From an uncultured delta proteobacterium (GTDB lineage: Bacteria > Myxococcota > UBA727 > VGSZ01): a stretch of DNA of 64,000 bases. The stretch spans positions 1 through 64,000 of the forward strand of contig CAVZJB010000016.1 in the NCBI GenBank assembly GCA_963775425.1. Reading direction: 5' to 3'. The translations under genes were made by a program, and so were the position numbers. Of this stretch, positions 36,126 through 48,067 are shown one piece after another (positions within the stretch are counted from its first letter, which is position 1; the number at the start of each line of letters is the position of its first letter). The notes below the pieces were generated by a model that searched no databases, was not told the DNA's origin, and saw only the letters and a list, made by a program, of their open reading frames with translations.

Positions 36126-37112
36126 ATGTCGAGCGACGGCGACTTGCCTCCGCTGCTGACGACCGCAGGCGCTCCTCCCTCGCGCCCCGCCCGAGACGCG
36201 TCCGCGCCGCGCGCGCGCCGGCGGCTCGACCCGACGGACGTCCGCCTGCGCCGCGCCCGGCGCCTCCAGCTCGCGCGGCGCGCCTGCCTCGCCGCGTCGT
36301 TCGGGTTCGCCGTCGTCGTGCCGCTCGCGCACGCCGCCGCCAACGCCGTCGACGACGGCCGCGCCGCCGCGGGCCTCCCGCGCCCCCCGCTCCTCGGGGC
36401 GCCGTGGTCGGTGTCGCTCTTCGGCCTCGAGCTCACAGACCCGCTCGCCCTCGCGAGCCTCGCCGCCGCCGGCGCCGGCGCGCACGCCCTCGCCGCGGCG
36501 GCGCTGGGCGCGCTCCCCGTGATCGCGCTCGTGATGCTCCTCGGGCGCTACTTCTGCGCCTGGCTGTGCCCGTACGCCGTCGTCGTCGCCGTCAGCAACG
36601 CCGCGCGCAGCATCCTGCGCAAGGCGGGCGTGCCGCTCCTCGACGTCCGCCTGCCGCGCGCGACGGCCTTCGTCGTGCTCGCCGCGCTCCTCGCCGCCAG
36701 CGCCGTGGCCGGCTTCGCGCTCGCGCCGCTCGTCTACCCGCCCGCCATCGCGGGCCGCGCCTTGTGGAGCTTCGCGGCGTTCGGGAGCGCGGGCGCCGGG
36801 GCCGTCGTCGTCGTCGCGCTCTTTGCGTTCGACACGTTCGTCTCGCGCGCCGGCTTCTGCCGATCGCTGTGCCCCGGCGGCGCGATGTTCCGCGCGCTCT
36901 CCGTGCTCTCGCCGGTGCGCGTGCGCCGGACGCCGGCGCGTTGCACCGACTGCGGCGTCTGCGACGCCGTCTGCAACATGGGCGAGTCCCCGATGACCGA
37001 CGCCGTCGACGCCGGCTGCGACCGCTGCGCGCGCTGCGTCTCATCCTGTCCCACGGGCGCGCTCGACCTCGTCGCCATCGGCCGGCCGCGCCGGAGAGGA
37101 CCCACGCCATGA
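36126..37112 (+). CDS. NapH/MauN-like membrane polyferredoxin
   Basis: GRYFCAWLCP, FCRSLCPGG and two CxxCxxCxxxC motifs. Confidence 0.88.
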   Translation: MSSDGDLPPLLTTAGAPPSRPARDASAPRARRRLDPTDVRLRRARRLQLARRACLAASFGFAVVVPLAHAAANAVDDGRAAAGLPRPPLLGAPWSVSLFGLELTDPLALASLAAAGAGAHALAAAALGALPVIALVMLLGRYFCAWLCPYAVVVAVSNAARSILRKAGVPLLDVRLPRATAFVVLAALLAASAVAGFALAPLVYPPAIAGRALWSFAAFGSAGAGAVVVVALFAFDTFVSRAGFCRSLCPGGAMFRALSVLSPVRVRRTPARCTDCGVCDAVCNMGESPMTDAVDAGCDRCARCVSSCPTGALDLVAIGRPRRRGPTP

Positions 37113-37687
37113 CGGGGGACTTCACCCGCCTCACCCGCCGCGAAGCCCTCGCCGCCGGTGCCGCCGGCGTCGCCGCCCTCGCCACGGTCGGCGTCGCGGG
37201 CGCCGCCGCCGCGCTCGCGGGCATGGGGCGCCTCGAGGCGCTCCGCCCGCCGGGGGCGCTGCCCGGCGCCGCGTTCGCGGCCGCGTGCATCGGCTGCTTC
37301 CGCTGCGCCGAGGTCTGCCCGCCCGGCGCCATCCGGCTCACGCCGCTGCCCTCCATCGACCCGTCCCGCAGCGCGTGCACGCTGTGTATGCAGTGCGGCC
37401 CGGCGTGTCCCACCGGCGCCCTCGGCGTCGTCGCGCTCGACGACGTCGCCCGCGTGGTGCGCATGGGGAGCCCCCACCTCGACGCCGACGCCTGCCGCGC
37501 CTGGCGCGCGCGCCCCTGCTCGCTCTGCTCCGACGTGTGCCCCGTCGACGGCGCCGTCGTCCTCGATGGGCGCCTCCGTCCTCACTTTGATAATTCAAAA
37601 TGTGTCGGCTGCGGCCAATGCACCCAGGCGTGCCCCGTGGAGCCGCAGGCCATCCGCATCCGCCCGCCGGAAGGAGCCCGCACATGA
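37109..37687 (+). CDS. NapG/MauM-like 4Fe-4S ferredoxin with Tat signal
   Basis: TRREAL, LRPPGA, four Cys clusters. Confidence 0.88.
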   Translation: MTGDFTRLTRREALAAGAAGVAALATVGVAGAAAALAGMGRLEALRPPGALPGAAFAAACIGCFRCAEVCPPGAIRLTPLPSIDPSRSACTLCMQCGPACPTGALGVVALDDVARVVRMGSPHLDADACRAWRARPCSLCSDVCPVDGAVVLDGRLRPHFDNSKCVGCGQCTQACPVEPQAIRIRPPEGART

Positions 37688-39678
37688 CCGCGGGCCCACC
37701 GTCGCGGTGGAAGCGGCGCGACGCGCTCAAGCTCGGCGTGGTCGGCGGGGCAGGGGCCGCCGCGGCGGCGCTCGGTGTCGCCGGCACCGTCGCCGCGCGC
37801 GAGGTGGAGCGCAAGGGGGAGTGCCGCTTCTGCACCATGCACTGCGGCACGCTCGCCACCGTCCGCGCCGGCCGCGTCACGTCGGTGCGCGGTGACCCCG
37901 AGGCCCGCACGCGCGGCTTCCTCTGCGCCCACGGCCGGGCGCTCCCCGAGGTCATCAACGGGGATGCGAGACTTTCACAACCATGGAACTGTATGACCGG
38001 CGGCGCGAGCTGGGAGCGCGCCTTCGACGACATCGGCGGGCGCCTGCGCGCGCTGCGCGACGCCCACGGGCCGGAGTCGCTCGCGGTGATGACGGGGTGG
38101 CCCTTCGTCCGCCACCCCATGATCCACCTGCTTCACCGCTTCTGCCGCGCGTACGGCACCCCGAACCTCGCTACCGTCGCGAGCCTCTGCGAGGCCGCCG
38201 GGCGCATGGGGCGGACGCTTCTGTGGGGCAGGAGCTACACGCCGGACCTCGACAAGGTGCAGACCCTCCTCGTGTGGGGCGCCGACCCGCCGCGCACGGC
38301 ACCGCCGTTCGGCTTCCTCGTGGCGCGCGCGCGCACGCTCGTCGTCGTGGATCCCGTAAAGACCGAGCTCGCCAAAAACGCCCACCGCTGGGTCCGGGTC
38401 CGACCGGGCACCGACGCCGCGTTTGCGCTCGGCCTCATCCGCGCCGTCTTCGACGCGGGTCTGCAGGACGAGGCGTTCCTCGCCGCGCACACCGTGAACG
38501 TGGCGTCGCTGCGGCAGCTCGTCGAGCCGTGGACGCCGCAGCGCACCGCCGAGGTCACCGGCTGCGGCGGCGACGACGTCACCGCCGTCGCCGCCCTGTT
38601 CGCCCGCGCCCCCGCCGGCGTCTGGGACGGGCTCGGCGTCGAGCACCACAAAGACGGCGTCGACACCGCGCGCGCCATCTCCGCGCTGGTGGCCGTGTGC
38701 GGGCACAAGGACGCCCAGCGCTTCGAGCGGGCGGACCCGCTGTTGCGCATCGAGCAGCAGGGCCCCGTGCCGCCGGCGCCGAGCACCCCGCCGCTCGGCG
38801 TCGAGGAGCACTCGCTGTTCTGCGCGCTTCATCGCCAGGCGCACGCGAGCGCGCTGTGGCCGGGCATCCTCGACGGCCGCGTGCGCGGGCTCGTGTGCTT
38901 CGGCGCCAACCCCGCGCTCACGTCGCCGGACAGCGCGCTGGTGCGACGCGCGCTCGCGAAGCTCGACCTCGCCGTCGTCGTCGATCCGTTTTTCTCCGAG
39001 ACCGCGGCGCTCGCGCACTGGGCGCTGCCGGCGGCGAGCTTCGCCGAGGGCACGCCCGGCGACGGCCCGGCGGTGGTGCCGCCGCAAGGGGACAGCCGCA
39101 CCGACGCGGACATCCTGTTTTCGCTCGCGCGCGCCTGCGGGCTCGGCGCGTATTTCCCGTGGCGGGGAATGGCCGAGGCCTTCCGCGGCCCGCGCACGGT
39201 CGTCGACGACAAGTGGGCGAGCGACATCGTGGCGGCCCAGGTCCCGCGCTTCGGCGACCCCATCGACCTGTCGTTCCCCTGCGCGGTGCCCTCGAGCGCG
39301 CCCCCCTCGGGGGCCGGCGTCGACGGCGCCGGGCCAGCGTTCCCCCTGCGGCTCGTGACGGGGCCGCGGCAGCGGGCGTACATCAACTCGCAGTTCCACG
39401 AGGTGCGGGCCGTCGCCCGGCTGCTCCCGCGGCCGCTCGCCCGCCTGCACCCGGCCCACGGCGTCGCCGACGGCGCCCCGGTGGTCGTCGAGACCGCGCG
39501 GGGGCGCGCGACGTTCTTCGCGGAGGTCACCGAGGACGTGGCGCCCGACGTCGTCGTCGTCCCCCACGGCTGGCCCGGCGACGCCGACGCCAACCGCCTG
39601 ACGTCGTGGGACGGGCGCGACCCGATCTCGGGCTTCCCCGAGCTGCGGGCGCTCGCGTGCCGCCTCGTTTCCAGCTAG
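37684..39678 (+). CDS. Molybdopterin oxidoreductase, DMSO reductase family, Tat-exported
   Basis: KRRDALK; CRFCTMHC...C; PGTDAA; GANP; D.FFSETA; LPAA; C-terminal dinucleotide-binding domain. Confidence 0.9.
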   Translation: MTAGPPSRWKRRDALKLGVVGGAGAAAAALGVAGTVAAREVERKGECRFCTMHCGTLATVRAGRVTSVRGDPEARTRGFLCAHGRALPEVINGDARLSQPWNCMTGGASWERAFDDIGGRLRALRDAHGPESLAVMTGWPFVRHPMIHLLHRFCRAYGTPNLATVASLCEAAGRMGRTLLWGRSYTPDLDKVQTLLVWGADPPRTAPPFGFLVARARTLVVVDPVKTELAKNAHRWVRVRPGTDAAFALGLIRAVFDAGLQDEAFLAAHTVNVASLRQLVEPWTPQRTAEVTGCGGDDVTAVAALFARAPAGVWDGLGVEHHKDGVDTARAISALVAVCGHKDAQRFERADPLLRIEQQGPVPPAPSTPPLGVEEHSLFCALHRQAHASALWPGILDGRVRGLVCFGANPALTSPDSALVRRALAKLDLAVVVDPFFSETAALAHWALPAASFAEGTPGDGPAVVPPQGDSRTDADILFSLARACGLGAYFPWRGMAEAFRGPRTVVDDKWASDIVAAQVPRFGDPIDLSFPCAVPSSAPPSGAGVDGAGPAFPLRLVTGPRQRAYINSQFHEVRAVARLLPRPLARLHPAHGVADGAPVVVETARGRATFFAEVTEDVAPDVVVVPHGWPGDADANRLTSWDGRDPISGFPELRALACRLVSS

Positions 39679-39727
39679 CGCTCCTCGCCCGCTGGCGTCG
39701 GCGGCGCTCCTCGGGTAGGTCAGCGCC

Positions 39728-43098
<3,371 letters not shown>

Positions 43099-43102
<4 letters not shown>

Positions 43103-43836
43103 ACGGCCCAGGCGCGCGTCCCGTGTTCGCTTCGATGGGGCCGCGCGGGGCGGGCCCGCGCCCCACGTCGAGCGCGCCTTCGCGGCGCGGGCCCGCGGCC
43201 TGCGCGCTCGGCGCCGCGGCGCTCGCGGTGTGCACCGCGGGGTGCCCCAAGCACGCCAAGCTCAACGAGCACCCGGACGTCCCCGCGTGCCGGGCGGCGG
43301 CGACCTCGACGGCGTCGGTGCCGCTGTGGACCGGGGGCGCCATCGCCGTGCGCTTCGCGAACGAGGCGGCGCCCACGTGTCCGGCGCCGGGCCGGATCTT
43401 CGTCGACGCCGCCGCCGGCAAGGGGCTGCGCTTCATCCAGGTCGTCGACGTCGACGTGCCCGCTCCGGACAAGGACGCCCCCGGCGCGCCGCTCACCCTC
43501 GTGCGCGCGCCGCACCGCTGGGTGTTCCTCGACGTCGCCCCCGAGGTGCGCAAGGACAACGCGCCCTTCGTGAACGGCAGCGACGACGGCACCTTCTGGG
43601 ACAACCCGGCTTGGCTCGACGCCGCCAAGGAAGACCAGCGCTGGGCCGCGCGCAGCTACGCCGTCGTCGCCCACGGCACCGAGGTCGACGCCGTCGGCGG
43701 CTTCACGTGGGGCTTCACCCGCCACGCGGGCGAGACCGCGGCGACGGCGGTGGCGCCGGCGCCCCTCGACGCCGCCGCCTGGCGCGCCGACCGCGCGCTG
43801 CTCGAGAAGGCGTTTTCGTCGTGGAGCTTCGAGTAG
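43099..43836 (+). CDS. Hypothetical lipoprotein
   Basis: TAGC lipobox-like, host-like codon bias, lies between carB and the crotonase gene; start uncertain. Confidence 0.6.
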
Positions 43837-43867
43837 CCCCGCGCGCGCGTTCGTCGTAGACGGCGGC

Positions 43868-44665
43868 ATGACCCTCGTCGACATCAACAAGAGCGAAGGC
43901 GTCGCCGTGCTCACGCTCGAGAACGCGCCGGCCAACTGTTACAGCTACGAGATGATGAAGGAGCTCGACGCCGCCGTGCTCGACGTGCGTATGGACGAGA
44001 GCGTCCACGCCGTCGTCGTCACCGGCGCCGCGGGCGCGGCCGACAAGCCGCAGTTCTTCTGCGCTGGCGCCGACATCGCCATGCTCGAGACGGCCACGCC
44101 GGCGTTCAAGTACGCCTTCTGCCTCCACGCCAACGAGACGCTCAACCGCCTCGAGCAAACGCCCAAGGTCGTCGTCGCCGCGCTGAACGGCCACTGCGTC
44201 GGCGGGGGCCTCGAGGTCGCCCTCGCGTGCGATCTCCGCTTCGCCGTGCGCCCGGCGGGCAAGCCGTACAAGATCGGCCTTCCCGAGATGAAGCTCGGCG
44301 TGCTCCCCGGCACCGGCGGCACCGCGCGCCTCACGCGCCTGCTCGGCAAGTCCAAGGCGCTCGAGCTCATGCTCGAGGCAAAGACCGTCGCCGTCGACGA
44401 GGCGCTCGCGCTCGGCCTGGTCAACCGCGTCGTCGACTCCCTCGATGACGTCGTCGCGTTCGCCCGCTCGCTGTGTCCGCCCGCGTCGCCGTCCCTGGCC
44501 GCCGGGCTCATCAAGCGCTCGGTGCAGTCCGGCGGCGAGATGAGCTTCGAGGGCCACCTCGCCCTCGAGCGCGAGCTGCAGCAGCGCCTCTTCACGTCCG
44601 CCGACGCCATGGAAGGCATCAAGGCCTACGTCGACAAGCGACCCGCGAAGTTCACGGGTCGCTGA
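43868..44665 (+). CDS. Enoyl-CoA hydratase/isomerase family protein
   Basis: FCAGADI, GGGLEVALACD, GLPE..LGVLPG.GG motifs. Confidence 0.95.
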   Translation: MTLVDINKSEGVAVLTLENAPANCYSYEMMKELDAAVLDVRMDESVHAVVVTGAAGAADKPQFFCAGADIAMLETATPAFKYAFCLHANETLNRLEQTPKVVVAALNGHCVGGGLEVALACDLRFAVRPAGKPYKIGLPEMKLGVLPGTGGTARLTRLLGKSKALELMLEAKTVAVDEALALGLVNRVVDSLDDVVAFARSLCPPASPSLAAGLIKRSVQSGGEMSFEGHLALERELQQRLFTSADAMEGIKAYVDKRPAKFTGR

Positions 44666-44673
44666 CGCGCCGC

Positions 44674-45642
44674 TCAGCTCGTGACGCGGTAGAAGTGCAT
44701 CCCGGATTGGATGTTCGACAGGTTCACGAACGCCGCGTGCGACGAGGAGTTGTTCGCGACCTTCCCGTTGCCCATGTAGATGCCGATGTGGTGGCCGTTG
44801 GGGAAGATCACGACGTCCCCGGGCTTCAAGTCCTTCTGCGCGACGGCGACGCCGCGGCCGTTTTGCAGCGCGGCCTCCACCGAGGGGACGTAGTTCGGGT
44901 TGGAGCCGACCTTGGCGAGGCCCGCGTTCGACAGGATGTTGTTCACGGACCAGGCGCAGGCGAGGTTGCCGCCGTCGGGGCCCGCCGCCGTCGACGTGCC
45001 CATGTAGTTCTTGGCTGCATCGGCGATGCGGGCGTTGATGGAGCCAGCGGGCGGAGGCGGGTCCGCGGTGGCGATGGCCTGGGCCGCCTGTTGCTGGAGC
45101 GCGCCGCTGTTTTTCGACGGTCCCTGGGCGGCGTAGCTGCCGCTCGACGGGAGCATGCCCGGGCGGCGCGCGGGGCTCTGGCCGCTCCACGCGGGGGCGC
45201 GGTTGTTGCGGGCGTTGTCCTCGGCGATCAGGCGGTCGAGCAGCGCGAAGAGATCGTCGATGTCGTTGACGCCGGAGAGATCGTCTTTGTGATCCTGGAT
45301 GAACTTCTTGGCGGCGGCGTCGAACTGCGGCTTGGAGATCTTTCCGTCGCTGGGCAGGTAGCCGAGCTTTTGCAGCTTCTCGGTCATCTGCTGGGTGAGC
45401 GCCTGCTCCTCCGGCGACGGCGGCGGCGGCATCTCGACGCGCTGCATGCCCTGGCTCGAGAGCACGCCGCGCGCGCCGGCGCGGTCGACGGGCTTCGGGC
45501 CGGTGGAGGTCGGGGCTGGGACCTCGGACGACGTCCCGGTCGCGGCCGCGGCGTCCATTGCCATCTTCTCCTTGAGTCGCTCGATTTCGGCGAGCTGCTG
45601 CGGGTCGAGCCCGCCTGCGCCGCCGCCAACCTTGATCGCCAT
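44674..45642 (-). CDS. NlpC/P60-CHAP-like amidase with low-complexity N-terminus
   Basis: LACAWSV, PGDVVIF, HIGIY motifs; LQKLGY segment; no signal peptide. Confidence 0.78.
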   Translation of the reverse strand: MAIKVGGGAGGLDPQQLAEIERLKEKMAMDAAAATGTSSEVPAPTSTGPKPVDRAGARGVLSSQGMQRVEMPPPPSPEEQALTQQMTEKLQKLGYLPSDGKISKPQFDAAAKKFIQDHKDDLSGVNDIDDLFALLDRLIAEDNARNNRAPAWSGQSPARRPGMLPSSGSYAAQGPSKNSGALQQQAAQAIATADPPPPAGSINARIADAAKNYMGTSTAAGPDGGNLACAWSVNNILSNAGLAKVGSNPNYVPSVEAALQNGRGVAVAQKDLKPGDVVIFPNGHHIGIYMGNGKVANNSSSHAAFVNLSNIQSGMHFYRVTS

Positions 45643-45779
45643 GAGGGCCTCCGGGGGGAGTAGGGGTGAACCTGGTGGTTTTCGGCCCCACGCCGGTGGG
45701 GGTCCGTCGGACAAGAGGCGGAGCCCTCCGATTCGGCGTAGTCTCGGGAGGACGATGGTGAGTTGACGGTTTCGACGTT

Positions 45780-47444
45780 ATGGTAACCCGGGCGCCGGTC
45801 ATCGACGGGAAGTACACGCTGCTGCGCAAGCTCGGCGCAGGCGGCATGGCCGAGGTGTTCCTCGCCAAGCAGCTCTCCGAAGGGAACTTCGAAAAGCTCG
45901 TCGTCATCAAGCGCATCCTGCCGCAGCTCGCGTCGGGCCACTCCAACACCGACTTCGTGCGCATGTTCCTCGACGAGGCGCGGCTCGCGAGCGATCTGCG
46001 GCACCCGAACATCGTCACGGTCATCGACGTCGGCAAGACCAACGAGACCTACTACATCGTCATGGAGTTCCTGCACGGGCAGGACGTCCGGAAGATGCAG
46101 CGCAAGAACGCGGCGTGGGGCGAGCAGATCCCCCTCGGGCACTGCTGCCAGATCGCCATCGACGGCGCCGCAGGCCTCCACTACGCCCACAAGAAGGTCG
46201 ACCTGCAGGGACAGCCCCTGTCCATCGTGCACCGCGACGTCAGCCCGCAGAACATCCTCGTCACCTACGAGGGCGCCACCAAGATCGTCGACTTCGGCAT
46301 CGCCAAGGCGGCCACGCAGACGACGCATACGTCCACCGGCGTGCTGAAGGGCAAGTACACGTACATGAGCCCGGAGCAGGCCCAGGGCGACGTCGTCGAC
46401 GCGCGCACCGACCAGTTCGCGCTCGGCATCGTGCTGTGGGAGCTGTTGACGATGCGGCGCCTCTTCAAGCGCGAGACCGAGGTGCTCACGCTCGAAGCCA
46501 TCATCATGGGCAACATCCCGAAGGCCTCGCGCTTTCGCGAGGACCTGCCCAAGAGCATCGACGACATCGTCATGAAGTCCCTGGCCAGGGACAAGAAGGA
46601 CCGCTTCGCGGACTGCGAGGAGATGGCGCTCGCGCTCGAGGACGCGCTGGCGAAGGAGGGCGTCGTCCACTCGCAGAGCCGGCTCGCGCAGTACATGCGC
46701 CGGCTGTTCGCCGACGCGCTCGCTGAGGAGGCCACGCTCGGCCTCGTGAACCCCGACGGCAGCGTCTCCAAGAACTTCACTCCGTTCACGCTGCCGGCGC
46801 AGGGGGAGGCGGCGGCCGCGTTCGAAAAGGCGGCGGAGCCACCGCCGCCGGACGCCACCACCGCCGATCGCAAGAACGCCCGCAGCAAGGACGACACCGC
46901 GTCCAAGAAGCCGGAGACCTCGCCCAAGGCCACCGCCGACAGCAACACCGAGCCCACCGTCGCCAACGAGCCCAGGCCGAAGGACCGCACCTCGGACGCC
47001 CGGCGCGAGGACCGCAGCGACTCGCGACGCCGCGATCGCGATCGACCCCGCGATCGACCCCGCGATCGCGGCGCCGATCGCGATCAGGCCCGCGATCGCG
47101 ATCGGCGGGATCGCGATCGGGGCGGGGAGCGCGTGCGCATGCCCTGGGCGGTGCTCGGTGCCGGGGCGCTGGCGGCCGTCGCCGTCGTCGGTGGCTACGC
47201 GGGCTACGCCACGTGGTCCAGGAGCGGTCCGGCGACGCTCATCATCCGCTCGGAGCCCCGCGGCGCGGAGGTGAGCGTGGACGGCAAGCCCACCGGCCAG
47301 ACCACGCCCGCGCTCCTGCGCGACGTCGAGGCCGGCATCCCGCACAAGGTGCGCGTCGAGGTCGAGGGCAAGCCGGCCGTCGAAGAGATCTTCACCATCG
47401 GGCACCGCGGCGAGACCCTCGAGCTCAAGCTCGACATCCGTTGA
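45780..47444 (+). CDS. Ser/Thr protein kinase with TM and PEGA domain
   Basis: GAGGMAEV, HRDVSPQN, DFGIAK, YMSPEQ; RSEPRGAEVSVDG..G.TTP PEGA motif. Confidence 0.95.
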   Translation: MVTRAPVIDGKYTLLRKLGAGGMAEVFLAKQLSEGNFEKLVVIKRILPQLASGHSNTDFVRMFLDEARLASDLRHPNIVTVIDVGKTNETYYIVMEFLHGQDVRKMQRKNAAWGEQIPLGHCCQIAIDGAAGLHYAHKKVDLQGQPLSIVHRDVSPQNILVTYEGATKIVDFGIAKAATQTTHTSTGVLKGKYTYMSPEQAQGDVVDARTDQFALGIVLWELLTMRRLFKRETEVLTLEAIIMGNIPKASRFREDLPKSIDDIVMKSLARDKKDRFADCEEMALALEDALAKEGVVHSQSRLAQYMRRLFADALAEEATLGLVNPDGSVSKNFTPFTLPAQGEAAAAFEKAAEPPPPDATTADRKNARSKDDTASKKPETSPKATADSNTEPTVANEPRPKDRTSDARREDRSDSRRRDRDRPRDRPRDRGADRDQARDRDRRDRDRGGERVRMPWAVLGAGALAAVAVVGGYAGYATWSRSGPATLIIRSEPRGAEVSVDGKPTGQTTPALLRDVEAGIPHKVRVEVEGKPAVEEIFTIGHRGETLELKLDIR

Positions 47445-47489
47445 CGTTCGCGCCCGCCATCTTCTCCGGCACCTGCCCGAGAAGCTGGC

Positions 47490-48011
47490 CTAGAAGAGGC
47501 CGCCCTTCTGCTTCTGCTCCGCGGCGAACTCGTCCTTGGTGAGCACCTCGGTGCGCAGCAGGTACTCGGCGGTGGCGTCGGAGCGGACCGCGATGAGGTG
47601 ATCGCCCGCGCGGAACACGCGCTGCTCCTTGACGAACACGCCCTGCTCGTTGGTGTCGCGGAAGATGTCGGCGCCCTGGCTGTCGAAGTCGAAGTCGTCG
47701 ACGCACGCTGGCTCGAACCAGGTGATCTCGGTGTCGGCGCCCGGGCCGAGCTGGGTGCGCCAGAAGAGCTTCACGCGGATGACGGCCTCGCCCTCCGTGG
47801 GAACGATGAAGAAGCGTTGCCCGGGGAAGTTGCCCTCCAGGTACGACTCCTCCTCGACCATCTTGCAGCCCGCGGTGGTGTTGCAGATGGGGATCTCGTC
47901 GAGGCAGTCCGACAGCGTGGCCTTGTCGATGAAGGCGGCCTCGCTCCCGAAATCACACCCGAGCGTGGCCGCGAGCGCGGCGGTGCCAAGGGCGCCGGTG
48001 AGCAGACGCAT
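47490..48011 (-). CDS. Hypothetical lipoprotein
   Basis: MRLL...TLGC lipobox; alternative in-frame start at 48062 reads through a REP-like copy. Confidence 0.72.
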   Translation of the reverse strand: MRLLTGALGTAALAATLGCDFGSEAAFIDKATLSDCLDEIPICNTTAGCKMVEEESYLEGNFPGQRFFIVPTEGEAVIRVKLFWRTQLGPGADTEITWFEPACVDDFDFDSQGADIFRDTNEQGVFVKEQRVFRAGDHLIAVRSDATAEYLLRTEVLTKDEFAAEQKQKGGLF

Positions 48012-48037
48012 CAGCGACCGGAGGGAGCGGCCGCGCG
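48010..48037. repeat. Dispersed copy of the 14.55-kb REP-like unit
   Basis: ATCAGCGACCGGAGGGAGCGGCCGCGC, identical to 25471-25497. Confidence 0.85.
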
Positions 48038-48067
48038 TAATGAGGGTGCAGGTGGTGCGCATGGGGG

